From a virus (lineage: Duplodnaviria > Caudoviricetes): 64,000 nt of DNA. Each line of letters starts with the position of its first letter. Positions within the stretch are counted from its first letter, which is position 1. A program made the translations under genes and the position numbers. The notes beneath the pieces were generated by a model, which saw only the letters and a list, made by a program, of their open reading frames with translations, was not told where the DNA came from and did no database searches. The DNA is taken from IMG/VR virus record IMGVR_UViG_3300033802_000250. One strand, given 5' to 3'. Below, piece by piece: positions 9,008-19,367 of the stretch.

Positions 9008-9968
9008 TCGAGGTTCCTCCTTTATCCCACATTGATTTTCGAGGATTGCCAAACAAGGTCATCAGAATGTCATACAGATTCATGTGGTTGAGGTTATGCT
9101 CGTCGCTGACCGGAATGATGCCGCGTTGCTCCAGCATCGAAAGAGCTTGTCCGATAGATGTCGGCATATCGCGAAGTGTACGCATCACCTTCAGCCATTG
9201 CTGGATATGCGGGCCGTGGTAGTCATAGAGCATCTCCCATTTCGTCCGGTCGATTTTCAACATGCACTCCCACATATCGTTGACGATTTCTTTGGTCGCG
9301 CCCTGTGCGCCGGGCTCCCAAAGCCGTTGCTGGAAGATATGTACGAGCGCTTCTTCGCCGAACTCGTATAGAAACGGCGGCATGATATAGCCGACGGGAA
9401 GCATGGAGCGTGCGGCCTGCATCTGCTCCTTCTGGATATTTTCGTCCATCCCTTTGACGCGCGTAATCACGTCACGGATCATCTGGATGGCATTCTGCGT
9501 GTAGGCTTCGGTATTCCGGGCTTCAACCGGCACCTCATATCCCCACGGCAGGTTCGCTCTCTGTCCGGCGGCAATGCGCCCGTAACGACCGACAGAGTAG
9601 GTCACGAGATGGTCATAGACAGGCTTGCCGACGCCGATGAACAGGAAAATAACCGACTCGCCCCGGATTGGCTCATAGCTGTGACCGGCCTTGACCATGT
9701 TGAAGAAACGATCCCGGTTGTCCATATCATTGAACTTCCCGAGATAAATGGCGGCCTTGAACGCCGAGGCGAGTCGGTCTTTGTCGGTCGGCCTGATGGC
9801 AATCACCCGTCCGTGTTGGACAACAGTCTCCCCAAACCGCGTGAAATTGCTGTTGATGAACCATTCGATGTTTTCCAGTGTCTCGTTGATTGGCAGGATG
9901 TCATCCAGCAAATGCACGCGGGGATTGGAGAAAATAGCTGTCTTGTCGATAAAGAATGGCTGACTCAT
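8994..9968 (-). CDS. Divergent FAD-dependent thymidylate synthase (ThyX)-like protein
   Basis: GHSYEP...FLFIGVGKPVYDHLV...GQRA...ARSMLP parallels ThyX GHxSxxE...GVSR..HQL...SQR...ARxxLP, but the RHR motif is absent. Confidence 0.6.
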   Translation of the reverse strand: MSQPFFIDKTAIFSNPRVHLLDDILPINETLENIEWFINSNFTRFGETVVQHGRVIAIRPTDKDRLASAFKAAIYLGKFNDMDNRDRFFNMVKAGHSYEPIRGESVIFLFIGVGKPVYDHLVTYSVGRYGRIAAGQRANLPWGYEVPVEARNTEAYTQNAIQMIRDVITRVKGMDENIQKEQMQAARSMLPVGYIMPPFLYEFGEEALVHIFQQRLWEPGAQGATKEIVNDMWECMLKIDRTKWEMLYDYHGPHIQQWLKVMRTLRDMPTSIGQALSMLEQRGIIPVSDEHNLNHMNLYDILMTLFGNPRKSMWDKGGTSNEVH

Positions 9969-9999
9969 CCGGTTTTCGTCTCCCTTCTGATTGTTTCGT

Positions 10000-10533
10000 T
10001 TACGCTTCCACAACCCATTTTGTAGCGACGATGCCTTCGGGAACGACTTTAGCGTCCTTGACACGGATTTTTCGTCCTTCAAGCATAGAGAGTTTTTCTG
10101 CGTTGAATGCAGGAAAATTGCGAACCAGTTGATCGACATCAAAAACCCCGTTGATTGAGTCATGTAAGAAATCGCTCAACTGCTCATCGCTGAACTCGAA
10201 GTTACCTACCTTGCGTTGAAGAAGCATAAGATGTTTGGCGTCTTCAGCGATAAGGTGTATGACGATCTCCTCGCCGCCATAAATGCATTGTACGTCTTTG
10301 TTGAAGACGATCTCCTGCGCGTGGTAATCCACGGTGTAGTCATGGTTCTCAACCATCTTGACGCCATCCAGCGTCACGACAATTTCACCGCGTACACGTT
10401 GGCCGTAACCCGGCGAGAAGTTGTATCGCTGTACGCCCGCTTTGCCCTTCAGATTGATGAACTCTGTTCCGCCCATCGGCAAAAATCCGGTCTGTTTAAT
10501 GTGCCTATACATATCCCACGATATCGGCATCAC
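10000..10533 (-). CDS. Hypothetical protein
   Basis: 177-aa ORF in operon. Confidence 0.6.
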   Translation of the reverse strand: MMPISWDMYRHIKQTGFLPMGGTEFINLKGKAGVQRYNFSPGYGQRVRGEIVVTLDGVKMVENHDYTVDYHAQEIVFNKDVQCIYGGEEIVIHLIAEDAKHLMLLQRKVGNFEFSDEQLSDFLHDSINGVFDVDQLVRNFPAFNAEKLSMLEGRKIRVKDAKVVPEGIVATKWVVEA

Positions 10534-10536
10534 AAA

Positions 10537-10896
10537 TCACCAAGCCTTAATGGTGTGATCGTCTTCGTCCTCCCCGGCTTCGATGCCTTCAATGGCGGCC
10601 TGCAAATCTTGCTGAAGCAATCGGAGTTGCTTCTTGTCTGCCTCCGGGGTCGCCGGATTGTTCAGTCTGGCTTCAACCTTCGCCAGATCGTCACGGAGCT
10701 TGCGCTCGATTGCGTTGATGTGCGACATCGTAGCTTGCAGTTCAAGCTGACCGACGATACCGTCGTTCTTGTACTTCAGTTCCTTCGGAACTTCGCCTTG
10801 TCCGTCCAGATAGTCGGCGAACGCGCGGAGTCCCTGCGCGAACTTCTTGGGATCCGCATGGTCTGCCTGAAGCCGGACGATAATTTCATGGCTCAT
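10537..10896 (-). CDS. Hypothetical coiled-coil protein
   Basis: ATGA overlap with the upstream gene. Confidence 0.6.
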   Translation of the reverse strand: MSHEIIVRLQADHADPKKFAQGLRAFADYLDGQGEVPKELKYKNDGIVGQLELQATMSHINAIERKLRDDLAKVEARLNNPATPEADKKQLRLLQQDLQAAIEGIEAGEDEDDHTIKAW

Positions 10897-11474
10897 TGGA
10901 CATCCTCCATTCCAAGTTCAACCAACGCCTCAATGCCGTTTTCCGTCAGTGTCGCCTCCAGCACGGTTGCCGAGGTGTACTCCTCAAACTCCTTCGGTAC
11001 GCTATGCCGTTTGAGCGCGTGAACCTCGCCTACACAAGTGCGCACCAGATCTTCCATGACCTCCCGGCTGAATTGATAGTTGCCGATGCGCCACGGCAGA
11101 AGAATGAGTTTGATTTTCGGCGTCGGAGGTTTGTGCGTCAATATGACTTTGGTGGGGCCGCTGATGATGTTGGTGAACGATATGAAGTTCCCATCGTCCT
11201 CTATGACGTAATGGAGATTGCGCCTCAGTTTGTGTATCGTTCCGTCCACATCTTCCAGCGCAAAATCATAAGTCTCGAACGTATGGGGCTCCGCAATGGA
11301 AGTTTGCGTAATATGAAGCGCTTGCCAGAAATCGCCCTGTTTAAGAGTGAAGGCGATCTTATCGCCGATCAGCGTTCTGTCCAGCGTCGGCTCGCGCTGG
11401 ATTCGCCCCTTCTTGAACTCGTCGCGATAAAAATTGGCAAGCTGACGAGTCAAATGTTGTGTCACCGAAAACAC
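10893..11474 (-). CDS. Hypothetical protein
   Basis: GAGGTG SD; shares a beta-rich 'HYVI/DYTV' segment with the 10000..10533 protein. Confidence 0.6.
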   Translation of the reverse strand: MFSVTQHLTRQLANFYRDEFKKGRIQREPTLDRTLIGDKIAFTLKQGDFWQALHITQTSIAEPHTFETYDFALEDVDGTIHKLRRNLHYVIEDDGNFISFTNIISGPTKVILTHKPPTPKIKLILLPWRIGNYQFSREVMEDLVRTCVGEVHALKRHSVPKEFEEYTSATVLEATLTENGIEALVELGMEDVQ

Positions 11475-11532
11475 CTCTCTTTTTGAGTAAGAAGTTGGGG
11501 CCGGACTTTTCGTCCAACCCCTCCTTCACTTA

Positions 11533-13965
11533 TCAATCCAGTGTACATTTTCCACCAATACAGCCCGAGAGCGCAAGCATTTCTTCTTCGGTACTCATGC
11601 CGCTTTGTTTGTCGTCCGGTTTGTCCGTTGCGAGACAGGATCGCACGTATTCTTGGACAATAGCGAGTTGCTCCGACGAAAGCTTATCAAGCCCTTCAAC
11701 GAGCGGTTTTTCAGTCAGATTGCTGGTGGATCCGTCACTGGTCAATACCTGCTCATCCCGGGAGCCGTCTCGGTAATAGGTGAACCCTTTGAGCCGCAGT
11801 TTCCATGCGAGCATAATCATTTCACGGATGTCATCCAACGTATGGCTGTTTGGCGCGTTGATCGTCTTCGCGATGGATGAGCAGATCCATTTCTGCATAG
11901 CGGCCTGCATACGGATGTGTTCCTCCGGCGTAAGATCCATCGCCGTCACATAATAGTCCGGCAACATCTTGAAGATGCCGTCTTTGATCGAGCCGTCTTC
12001 ATTGTACGGATTGATCCCGTTTTGTTCAAACCAGCGAATGGCAATCGGCTCGACAATTTGGCTCATGCCAAGCCGCGAGTTCCGCCAGTAGGAGAACATG
12101 AAGTACGGTTCGCACCCGGTCGATGTTCCAGTCATCGTGCCGGTGGATCCCGTCGGAGCAATCGTAAAGATCGTCACATTGCGGATGCCGTACTTGCGGA
12201 TACGCTCCTCCAGTTCCGGGAAGGCCGGGAGGATATTTTCCCGCATATGTCCACTGGAGAGGAATCCTTCGGCGTCGAACCACGGGAACGGCCCCTTTTC
12301 GGCGGCCAGATCGACTGATGCATGATAACCCACGCCTGCCATAAAGCGATGCAGATGGTCGGTAAACTCGATGGCTTCCGGTGAGCCATAACGGAGCCCG
12401 AGTCTGATCAGCATCTCGGCCAAGCCCATTTCGCCGAGGCCGATACGGCGTTCGCCTTTCTGCTGGATTTCGTTCTCCTTGAAGAAGTACGGCGTATGGT
12501 CAACGACGTTGTCAAGGAATCGCACAGCACGACGGATAACGTATGCGAGACGATCCCACTTGACATCCTTCTTCCAGTCACCGGTCACTTCATCATTGAC
12601 AAATCTGGAAAGATTGATGGCCGACAAGTTGCAGACACCCCATGCGGGCAACCCTTGTTCTCCGCATGGGTTAGTTGCATCAATTCGCCCACGCCGGTAA
12701 TAGTTCGAGTTGGACATGTACCGGTAATATTCAAGGAATACGACACCCGGCTCCGCGCTCATCCAGTTGCATTCGACGATCAGATCGTAGATGTCGCGGG
12801 CTCGGTAAATATGATACACCACCAGCGATTCCGCACCGTGCTTTGCGATCCACGTCGGCAGGTCGCCGTCCCAATCTTCGTTGTAATTCGGATGCCGCAC
12901 GTCCGGGAATACCAGTTTCCACATTTCGTCGTTCTCCACGGCCTTCATGAAGGCTTCGCTAACCAATACCGAAAGGTTGGCGTTTTCAACGCCGTGCGCG
13001 TAAATCGTGGAGCCCGGAAATTTATGCTCGAACTTGTTCTTGATGTACTGGAACGGTGAACCGATGGTTCCGTCCGGCAGACGCCGTGTCTTTTGCGACA
13101 GTTTGCAGGTGATAAACTCGATCAAGTCCGGGTGCCAGTCGCAAAGCATCCCCATCGTGGCTCCGCGTCGTGAGCCACCCTGCTCGATCAGACCAGTGTA
13201 GTACGACTTGCCACCGCCCCACGACACAGCGCCGCTGGAGCGACCGCGTACACCCATCACCGGGGTTGTTCTCGGGCGGGCAGACGACCAGTTTTGGCCG
13301 ACACCGCCGCCGCGCGAATGGATTTCGACTTGAATGCCGAGCGATTCAATCAGACCTTGGCGGCTGTCATGCGCGTTCGGAATAACATAGCAGTTGAACA
13401 GCGTCAGTTGATCCGGTGTTGCGCCGATGTTCTGTTTGTATTCCTTCGTTCCGGCACCGGTATTCACCCGGCCTGCCGGGATGAGTTCCTCGTTGATGAG
13501 AATCTCATAATTGTCACGGTAAACCCGTTCCCGAGTGGCTTCGTCTTTCTCGACGCTGGCGACGCCGAGTGCGACGCGGTGACAGATCTGTCCCCATGTG
13601 TACTCCAGCAGTTTGTCCACCTTGCCGATATACTGGATGAACCATTTCTTGAAGTCGCCGCCGGAGATAAGCTCAAGCGCGACGAACCGGTTCTCGCCCT
13701 GTTCAGAACTCAGGGCACAGGGAAGCACATGCTGGTCGGGATCAAACAGCCCCACGGCGCTACGCTCATCCAGAAAACCTCTGACGATACCGATTTCCTT
13801 CACCGGAAATTTCGGATGTTCGACCGTCAGAACGACGCACCAGTCGCCGGTTTTCAGATCGTTGCGATTGCCTTTGATCGCGTAACGATCCAGACGGATT
13901 TTATCTTTAATGTCCAGCGGTTGCGCCGGAACAGGTGGTTTCTCAAGGCTGAATGCGGAAGTCAT
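11533..13965 (-). CDS. nrdJ: Adenosylcobalamin-dependent (class II) ribonucleotide reductase
   Basis: FNCYV, GGSRRGA, TNPCGEQ, CNL, RRIGLG, TIAPTG, KTIN, YRDGSR and C-terminal CIGGKC; likely start MTSAF. Confidence 0.92.
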   Translation of the reverse strand: MTSAFSLEKPPVPAQPLDIKDKIRLDRYAIKGNRNDLKTGDWCVVLTVEHPKFPVKEIGIVRGFLDERSAVGLFDPDQHVLPCALSSEQGENRFVALELISGGDFKKWFIQYIGKVDKLLEYTWGQICHRVALGVASVEKDEATRERVYRDNYEILINEELIPAGRVNTGAGTKEYKQNIGATPDQLTLFNCYVIPNAHDSRQGLIESLGIQVEIHSRGGGVGQNWSSARPRTTPVMGVRGRSSGAVSWGGGKSYYTGLIEQGGSRRGATMGMLCDWHPDLIEFITCKLSQKTRRLPDGTIGSPFQYIKNKFEHKFPGSTIYAHGVENANLSVLVSEAFMKAVENDEMWKLVFPDVRHPNYNEDWDGDLPTWIAKHGAESLVVYHIYRARDIYDLIVECNWMSAEPGVVFLEYYRYMSNSNYYRRGRIDATNPCGEQGLPAWGVCNLSAINLSRFVNDEVTGDWKKDVKWDRLAYVIRRAVRFLDNVVDHTPYFFKENEIQQKGERRIGLGEMGLAEMLIRLGLRYGSPEAIEFTDHLHRFMAGVGYHASVDLAAEKGPFPWFDAEGFLSSGHMRENILPAFPELEERIRKYGIRNVTIFTIAPTGSTGTMTGTSTGCEPYFMFSYWRNSRLGMSQIVEPIAIRWFEQNGINPYNEDGSIKDGIFKMLPDYYVTAMDLTPEEHIRMQAAMQKWICSSIAKTINAPNSHTLDDIREMIMLAWKLRLKGFTYYRDGSRDEQVLTSDGSTSNLTEKPLVEGLDKLSSEQLAIVQEYVRSCLATDKPDDKQSGMSTEEEMLALSGCIGGKCTLD

Positions 13966-13979
13966 GTGGTCACGTCTCC

Positions 13980-14207
13980 TTACATGTTCAATTGCTTGCC
14001 ACAATGGCGGTCGGCGCATATATACTCGATGCGCCGTTCGATTGTAGGGAGAGGGGCGGAGGCTTCTGCCGGGTCGTGCATATCTCTCGGCTTCGCCTTG
14101 ATGCTGACCGTAACCACTGTCCGCTCGATAAATTCGGGATGACCGCAATGAGAACAACGAATGAAATCTTCCCCTAGTATATCGGCGATTTCACGGCTCA
14201 CTCCCAT
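13980..14207 (-). CDS. Small zinc-ribbon protein
   Basis: CSHC...CADRHC. Confidence 0.6.
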   Translation of the reverse strand: MGVSREIADILGEDFIRCSHCGHPEFIERTVVTVSIKAKPRDMHDPAEASAPLPTIERRIEYICADRHCGKQLNM

Positions 14208-14836
14208 TCCCTTCCCTCCTGTTCAAGTTGTTTTTCAAGCTGTTCTATCTTTCGGAACAACTCCTCCGCCGTCGCTTTCCACATGTCTCGCTCGCCTGAA
14301 ACCACCGAGTTCTCATGCCGAAGTATCTTGATTTCATGAACCATCTCGCAAAGAACTTCAAAACGGTTGATGATGTACGTCTTATCATCGCCCTTGATCC
14401 GAAATGGAAGTGCCGGATAAAGTCCTTTGGAGTATGACGAAGCTTCGGCTTCGATTTTGTCCAGCATCGTTTTGGTGATCGTAATCTGCTTCTCACCTTT
14501 ACTGCTGAACTGAAGCCGCTCTTTGCATTCGCATAGCAGAACTGTATCTGCAACGTCGCCTGGCATAAACCAGATGTTGCCCGAGCCAGCCTGTCGCCGT
14601 GCCCAATATTCCCGGATGGTGGGCACGTTGTTCAAATTGTCCTTCACGTATTCTTCAAGGGTTTGCCCGGTGTTGTCCGTAACGGGCGTGATGGCGTTCT
14701 GGACGGCTTTGGCTCGGTGTTTCATCCGGCCTTTGTCTTCAGGTAGTTTCAGCAATCGTTGATTCGGGCCGCACATCAAGCACTTATTGTTGTTCTGGCA
14801 ACGCTGATAATATTCGCAATCCCAAACATTACTCAT
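14198..14836 (-). CDS. PD-(D/E)xK nuclease, Holliday-junction-resolvase-like
   Basis: E...ARRQAGSG...GDV...ECK motif with a Cys-rich N-terminus. Confidence 0.6.
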   Translation of the reverse strand: MSNVWDCEYYQRCQNNNKCLMCGPNQRLLKLPEDKGRMKHRAKAVQNAITPVTDNTGQTLEEYVKDNLNNVPTIREYWARRQAGSGNIWFMPGDVADTVLLCECKERLQFSSKGEKQITITKTMLDKIEAEASSYSKGLYPALPFRIKGDDKTYIINRFEVLCEMVHEIKILRHENSVVSGERDMWKATAEELFRKIEQLEKQLEQEGREWE

Positions 14837-15356
14837 CGTCGCCCTCAACATCCCCACGGCCTTGTGCGTCGAGTTTGAGCGCACCGTTACCGTTAATCAT
14901 CATGCCTGACTTCTGCAACAGCGTGTCGATTACTGCATCCATGAAGATCTTGCGTTTCCGCCAGCGTTCCACGAGAGTCAAGATGGGTTCATTGAACCCC
15001 GGCAGAGGAGTGGTTTCCAGATGCGTTAATACGAGGGCTTCCCGGTCTTCAGCGGTAATGCCCTTCACTTGTTTGAAGTGCAAGTTGGCCTGTTTCTTTG
15101 CCAGCATGTACTTCTCCTTGAAGAACTCATACCGCTCCCGGGCGAAGGCCGCATCAAAGCGAGCTTCAGAATAAACGCGGTCGATCTTTGCGTTGATTCG
15201 CAAGATCCCGCGCGGCGAGAGGTCGTGCGGCACACGGATGGCTTTGACTTTTTTCTGATAGTATTTTTCGATCAAGCGCCATTCTTTGCCGTCATTTGCT
15301 TTTCGGATGTCGGGTTTCTCCATTTGGTTTGCCTCATCTTTGGGCATTCCGCTCAC
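14829..15356 (-). CDS. Hypothetical helical protein (possibly recombination-mediator-like)
   Basis: All-helical 175 aa ORF next to the resolvase; function is a guess. Confidence 0.45.
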   Translation of the reverse strand: MSGMPKDEANQMEKPDIRKANDGKEWRLIEKYYQKKVKAIRVPHDLSPRGILRINAKIDRVYSEARFDAAFARERYEFFKEKYMLAKKQANLHFKQVKGITAEDREALVLTHLETTPLPGFNEPILTLVERWRKRKIFMDAVIDTLLQKSGMMINGNGALKLDAQGRGDVEGDDE

Positions 15357-15360
15357 CTTC

Positions 15361-15894
15361 TTACTTCTTTAATTCCTTGCAGAGAGCGTACAGCCTTGTC
15401 AGATTCCGCGCTCGGTCATATTCGTTCTCGTTTTCCCACTTCTCGTCGAAGTCGGTAAACCCGACGAACTTCTTGCGGTCGTGGGTGATTCGCTCCTGCG
15501 CCGCTTTCTCTCCGCGTTCTGCGGTCATCCGGCGCAGGCGCTCCTCCTCGGAGACGCTGAGATAGATGACGTAAATGCGGTCACGTCCAAGGTTTTCGGA
15601 CAGCACTTCTACACCGTACGGGTCGATGACATAGAGATGGTTCTCCGCAATTTGTTGTCGGGTCGCGCCGTATTCATGCTTGTCGAACTTGGTGTAAGCG
15701 ACCAGATCTTTGCGAATTGCATCAAAACCCTTCTTATCAACGAAGGTGTGATGCTTTTCTCCGGGATAGCGCGGCTTGCGGGTAGTGTAGCTGGCAATGG
15801 ATCGGATGCCCCATTTCTCCAGCAGTTCAACCAATGTGGTTTTGCCACTTCCGCTTTCGCCGACGATGCAGATGATGTCCCGTTGGCCTTCCAT
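15361..15894 (-). CDS. gmk: Guanylate kinase-like nucleotide kinase
   Basis: GESGSGKT, SYTTRKPRYPGE, YG motifs. Confidence 0.85.
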   Translation of the reverse strand: MEGQRDIICIVGESGSGKTTLVELLEKWGIRSIASYTTRKPRYPGEKHHTFVDKKGFDAIRKDLVAYTKFDKHEYGATRQQIAENHLYVIDPYGVEVLSENLGRDRIYVIYLSVSEEERLRRMTAERGEKAAQERITHDRKKFVGFTDFDEKWENENEYDRARNLTRLYALCKELKK

Positions 15895-15958
15895 ACTATC
15901 CCTCCTTTCACCGGAGAATGTCAGAATTGAGTTGAAGGCGTAAAATGGGTCTACGTTT

Positions 15959-16354
15959 TTAGCGTAAACCCATCGAGTCCTGATATGAATAATCATGGCC
16001 GAGCAACATAATCGTTTGTCGCAAATCCACCATGACTTCTTCAATATTCTTGGTCGCCTTGCTCAATTCATCCATTGCATATGTGGCTCTTTGGAGGAGA
16101 TCGGCAACTTCATCCGTACCCGGCCCGATATATTCTATCGTGGTCGGTTCTCTCGGATTCTCCGGCGGAATAATGCGGATGTGTCCTTGCTCATCCAAAG
16201 TCTGCAATGCACGATGTACGGTGGCATTCGAGTAGCCAGTATGTCTGGCGATACTCATCATGGATTCCTTCAATATGCCGTCGCGTTGGGCGACTTTGAT
16301 GTAATGAAGGATATCCTGAAGCGTCCGCTTATTTTGTGTTTTTCGCATCCTCAC
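15959..16354 (-). CDS. Winged-helix DNA-binding protein
   Basis: SMMSIARHTGYSNATVHRALQTLDEQGHI. Confidence 0.75.
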   Translation of the reverse strand: MRMRKTQNKRTLQDILHYIKVAQRDGILKESMMSIARHTGYSNATVHRALQTLDEQGHIRIIPPENPREPTTIEYIGPGTDEVADLLQRATYAMDELSKATKNIEEVMVDLRQTIMLLGHDYSYQDSMGLR

Positions 16355-16417
16355 AGCCTTCTTTCATACTAGATGTTGAGGGATGCAAAACCAGTATAGC
16401 AAATGTTGGGGTAGGCA

Positions 16418-16960
16418 TCAATCTGAGCTATCCGAGAAATTCTTGAGGGCTCGCATCATCTGTTTGCGTTCCTCCGTAGCCTCGGGGCTCGTGACGATAC
16501 TGATCGGGTCATCGGTCTGATAAGCGTCGCCTTCATAATCGACCTTTACGCCATCGAAGGCGATCAGCATTTGAGGCTTCAGGATCCCGATCAATTTGTT
16601 CAAAATTTCTTGCCGCGCCTCCTGCTTTTTCTTCGTTTTGACGAAGCGCAGATGCGCGTAATAAACTTCATCCTCCGGGATTCCGAGCTTCTTCCACGCC
16701 AGTTTGAGCTTCTCTTTTTGGTCTTTGGTAATCGGATCTTTCGTCACAACCGCTACAATCGGTTTCATGGAACCAAAGCCAAATTCGATGGTCTTACCGG
16801 GGAACTTACGGATGGCGGCCTTATGCAAGTCGTCCAGCTTAACATAGTTGTGAAGATACGCATAGGCATATTTGCGATCCGGTTTCTCGAATCCCTTGGT
16901 TACTTTAACGATGGACTCGCTTACTTCGTCCAGCCATGCCTGATTTTGGGCACGATACAT
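16418..16960 (-). CDS. Highly degenerate UDG-fold protein
   Basis: GFGS...IVAVV...P...LGIPEDEVYY...ILKPQMLIAF mirrors the family-4 UDG scaffold without Cys or catalytic residues. Confidence 0.45.
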   Translation of the reverse strand: MYRAQNQAWLDEVSESIVKVTKGFEKPDRKYAYAYLHNYVKLDDLHKAAIRKFPGKTIEFGFGSMKPIVAVVTKDPITKDQKEKLKLAWKKLGIPEDEVYYAHLRFVKTKKKQEARQEILNKLIGILKPQMLIAFDGVKVDYEGDAYQTDDPISIVTSPEATEERKQMMRALKNFSDSSD

Positions 16961-16971
16961 ATCACCCCTCC

Positions 16972-17418
16972 TTACAAGACTGACATCGTGGCTATCACTA
17001 TGGTATAGAACGCGGAAAGAACAATCAATTCCCGCACACCGGATCCCGCGTTTGCCAACGAGAACATTGTCTGTTTCGGCCATAGCCACGGTACGCCCAT
17101 TTCAGTGAACGTATCCAGCATCAGGTGAACAATATACCCTGCGGCAAAAAACGCGGCGTGAAGCCATGATGCTGTAATAAACAGCCAAATGAGGCTGGCG
17201 ATGCTCATGCCGATCAGAGAATGCGTCACGTTCTTCCGGTGCGGCTTAAAGATGAGCCACAGCGGAAAAAACTTACCGAGCATGGACTTGGAATGATCGG
17301 TGTCCGGTAGCATCGTTCCTACAACACAGGACGCCATATACGGAGCCGCGAGGTCGTATTTCGCACAAACGGCGGCCCCAAGAATAAAGCCGGACACAAA
17401 ATGCGTTCTCCCTGTCAT
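16972..17418 (-). CDS. YdjM-like metal-dependent membrane hydrolase
   Basis: MTGRTH...LPDTDH...HRKNVTHS...HLMLDTFT..GVPWLWP. Confidence 0.85.
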   Translation of the reverse strand: MTGRTHFVSGFILGAAVCAKYDLAAPYMASCVVGTMLPDTDHSKSMLGKFFPLWLIFKPHRKNVTHSLIGMSIASLIWLFITASWLHAAFFAAGYIVHLMLDTFTEMGVPWLWPKQTMFSLANAGSGVRELIVLSAFYTIVIATMSVL

Positions 17419-17439
17419 CACACCGCCCCTTACTTGGTC

Positions 17440-17477
17440 GTTACACCTAGTATGGGCGGATGTAATGCAGATTATAC
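17440..17477 (-). promoter_or_regulatory. sigmaF/G-type promoter with GTTAC-N17-GTAAT palindrome
   Basis: Minus strand GTATA-N15-GCCCATACTA. Confidence 0.6.
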
Positions 17478-18014
17478 GCCGTCCACAAATTCCACCTGAT
17501 AATCCTGCATCTTCATTTGCGGTTCGGCAATGGCCGTGACGTTGCTGTCCTTCTTCAGCGTCTTGTGGATTTGCACCATCATCGGTACACAATGCTTGAG
17601 TGTCAACGCCTTCATCTCCTTGACGGCTTCCGTTTTGCTCGCAAAGCCGCCTTTGACAAACTCCAGCCCGATGTACGACCATTTGTTGAGGCCGATCGGC
17701 ACGCGCTGTGCGTAAGTATAGATCTGGTATTCCGTTTCCCACTTCCGAGCGCCCTGTTGCGGGAAATCTGCCGACTGGCACTTGCTTGGTGCCGACACTT
17801 TCTTCGGGCGCAACGGAACCACGCTCTGTACCGCCTCATAAGCAACGCCGTACAGGGCCGCCGCGACGCGCTTTGCGTGTTCCGGGCTGTACGCCTTCAC
17901 CACAGCGGACGTAACCTGTACAGACTTGATTTTGCGCTGAGAATGCATGGTCGCCGCCGAAGCGGTTTGCTCAATCGCCGTCTTCGCCAACTTCTTCGTT
18001 ACCGTCGTCGCCAT
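17472..18014 (-). CDS. Hypothetical basic protein
   Basis: GAGGAGG SD; 180 aa. Confidence 0.65.
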   Translation of the reverse strand: MATTVTKKLAKTAIEQTASAATMHSQRKIKSVQVTSAVVKAYSPEHAKRVAAALYGVAYEAVQSVVPLRPKKVSAPSKCQSADFPQQGARKWETEYQIYTYAQRVPIGLNKWSYIGLEFVKGGFASKTEAVKEMKALTLKHCVPMMVQIHKTLKKDSNVTAIAEPQMKMQDYQVEFVDGV

Positions 18015-18034
18015 ATGTTATTGTCCTCCTCGTT

Positions 18035-19306
18035 TTAGATTTGAACGCCCAATCGTTCTTGGATCATGGATTTGAACAACACCTTTTCAGTGTCATCGGT
18101 AATGAGCCGGTAAATCGGCATCAATTCGTCGAGCATGTCGGCTTTGAGGCGTTGCAGTTTCTTGTCGTACTCCTCAAAGATCGACGAAGCCAGAAACATC
18201 CGGGCCGGGATGGCTTTGTCGGCGATGTATCGCCGAATCGCTTTACCCTTTTGGCCCATATAATTCATCTGCTCTGCCGGATCACGCGGCGTGGAGATAA
18301 TGACGTACACCTTGAAGCCGCGAGCAAGCAGGCGGCCAATAGTGCGCTCCATCGCCTCCCGGCCCGCTTCGTCACCGTCGTACCAGAAGTAGATGTTCTT
18401 CGTGAGCTTCTCCAGAATGTCCATCTGTTCATCGGTAAACGACGTACCGCACGTTGCGATGGTGTTCTCGATACCGCATTGATGTGCAATAATGACATCG
18501 GTATAACCCTCAACAACGAGTGCGTAACCGGCTTCTCGGATCGCCTTGCGTGCTTCGTTCAATCCGTAGAGAATCTGACCCTTCTTGTAGATCTCCGACT
18601 CTTTATCGTTGATGTACTTGGCCGAATGATCCTTGGAGCCTTTCTCATAATTCATGTCACGATATGCCATCGCAATCGTCTTGGCCTTTTTCGGATTCCA
18701 GCAGGGCTCCGTAATTCCAAAGACAAGGCGGCCTTCCAACAGCGTGCCAAAATAGGGATGACGGTATCCTTTTGGCACGAGCCCAATCCGCCATTTCTTA
18801 ATGGCGTCCCGATGAATGCCACGGCTGTCCAGATAAGCGAGCATCTTCTCGCTTTTCAGGAGCGTTTTGCAGAACAGCTTGTTGTCTTCCGTCATCTTTT
18901 GCTTCATCTTTTCGAGCTTTGCGTCCACCTTGGCTTTGGGAATCGGGATACCCGCCCGCTCCATCAGGATGACGCAGGCTTCGATATACGAACAACGTTC
19001 CATGTTCATCACAAAACCGATGACACTCGGGCCGCCATCTTCAATGGTTACGCCGTCAGGCAGGTGAAGCATGTGAGGGATGCGTTTCTCCTTGTTCTCC
19101 CATCGAGTGCCTGCCCGGCAAGCGTAACAATGATAGGTGTTGTTTTCCGTATGAAGATGCAGGCTCGGTGTCGATTCCTTATGAAAAGGGCAGATCGCTT
19201 TGTTGTTCGCGCCGAAAACGACACCGTATTCCTCCGCGACTTCCCTGAGATCATTCTCCTCAAGGATGCGATCTAGCAGTTCGTCAGTGATCGTCCCAAC
19301 CTTCAC
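18035..19306 (-). CDS. dnaG: DNA primase
   Basis: CPFH...CYAC zinc domain, KYIN, VEGYTD and DGDEAG TOPRIM motifs; GTG start after GGGAGG. Confidence 0.93.
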   Translation of the reverse strand: MKVGTITDELLDRILEENDLREVAEEYGVVFGANNKAICPFHKESTPSLHLHTENNTYHCYACRAGTRWENKEKRIPHMLHLPDGVTIEDGGPSVIGFVMNMERCSYIEACVILMERAGIPIPKAKVDAKLEKMKQKMTEDNKLFCKTLLKSEKMLAYLDSRGIHRDAIKKWRIGLVPKGYRHPYFGTLLEGRLVFGITEPCWNPKKAKTIAMAYRDMNYEKGSKDHSAKYINDKESEIYKKGQILYGLNEARKAIREAGYALVVEGYTDVIIAHQCGIENTIATCGTSFTDEQMDILEKLTKNIYFWYDGDEAGREAMERTIGRLLARGFKVYVIISTPRDPAEQMNYMGQKGKAIRRYIADKAIPARMFLASSIFEEYDKKLQRLKADMLDELMPIYRLITDDTEKVLFKSMIQERLGVQI

Positions 19307-19367
19307 GGCCCAACCTCCCTCTCTGCAAACTTCACTCTTTGCGTGACAACGCAAAGAGAGCACCCCT

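Noticed and set aside
11533-13965. Intron or intein in nrdJ (also checked recA)
   Set aside because: Reading frames are continuous and motif spacing is normal
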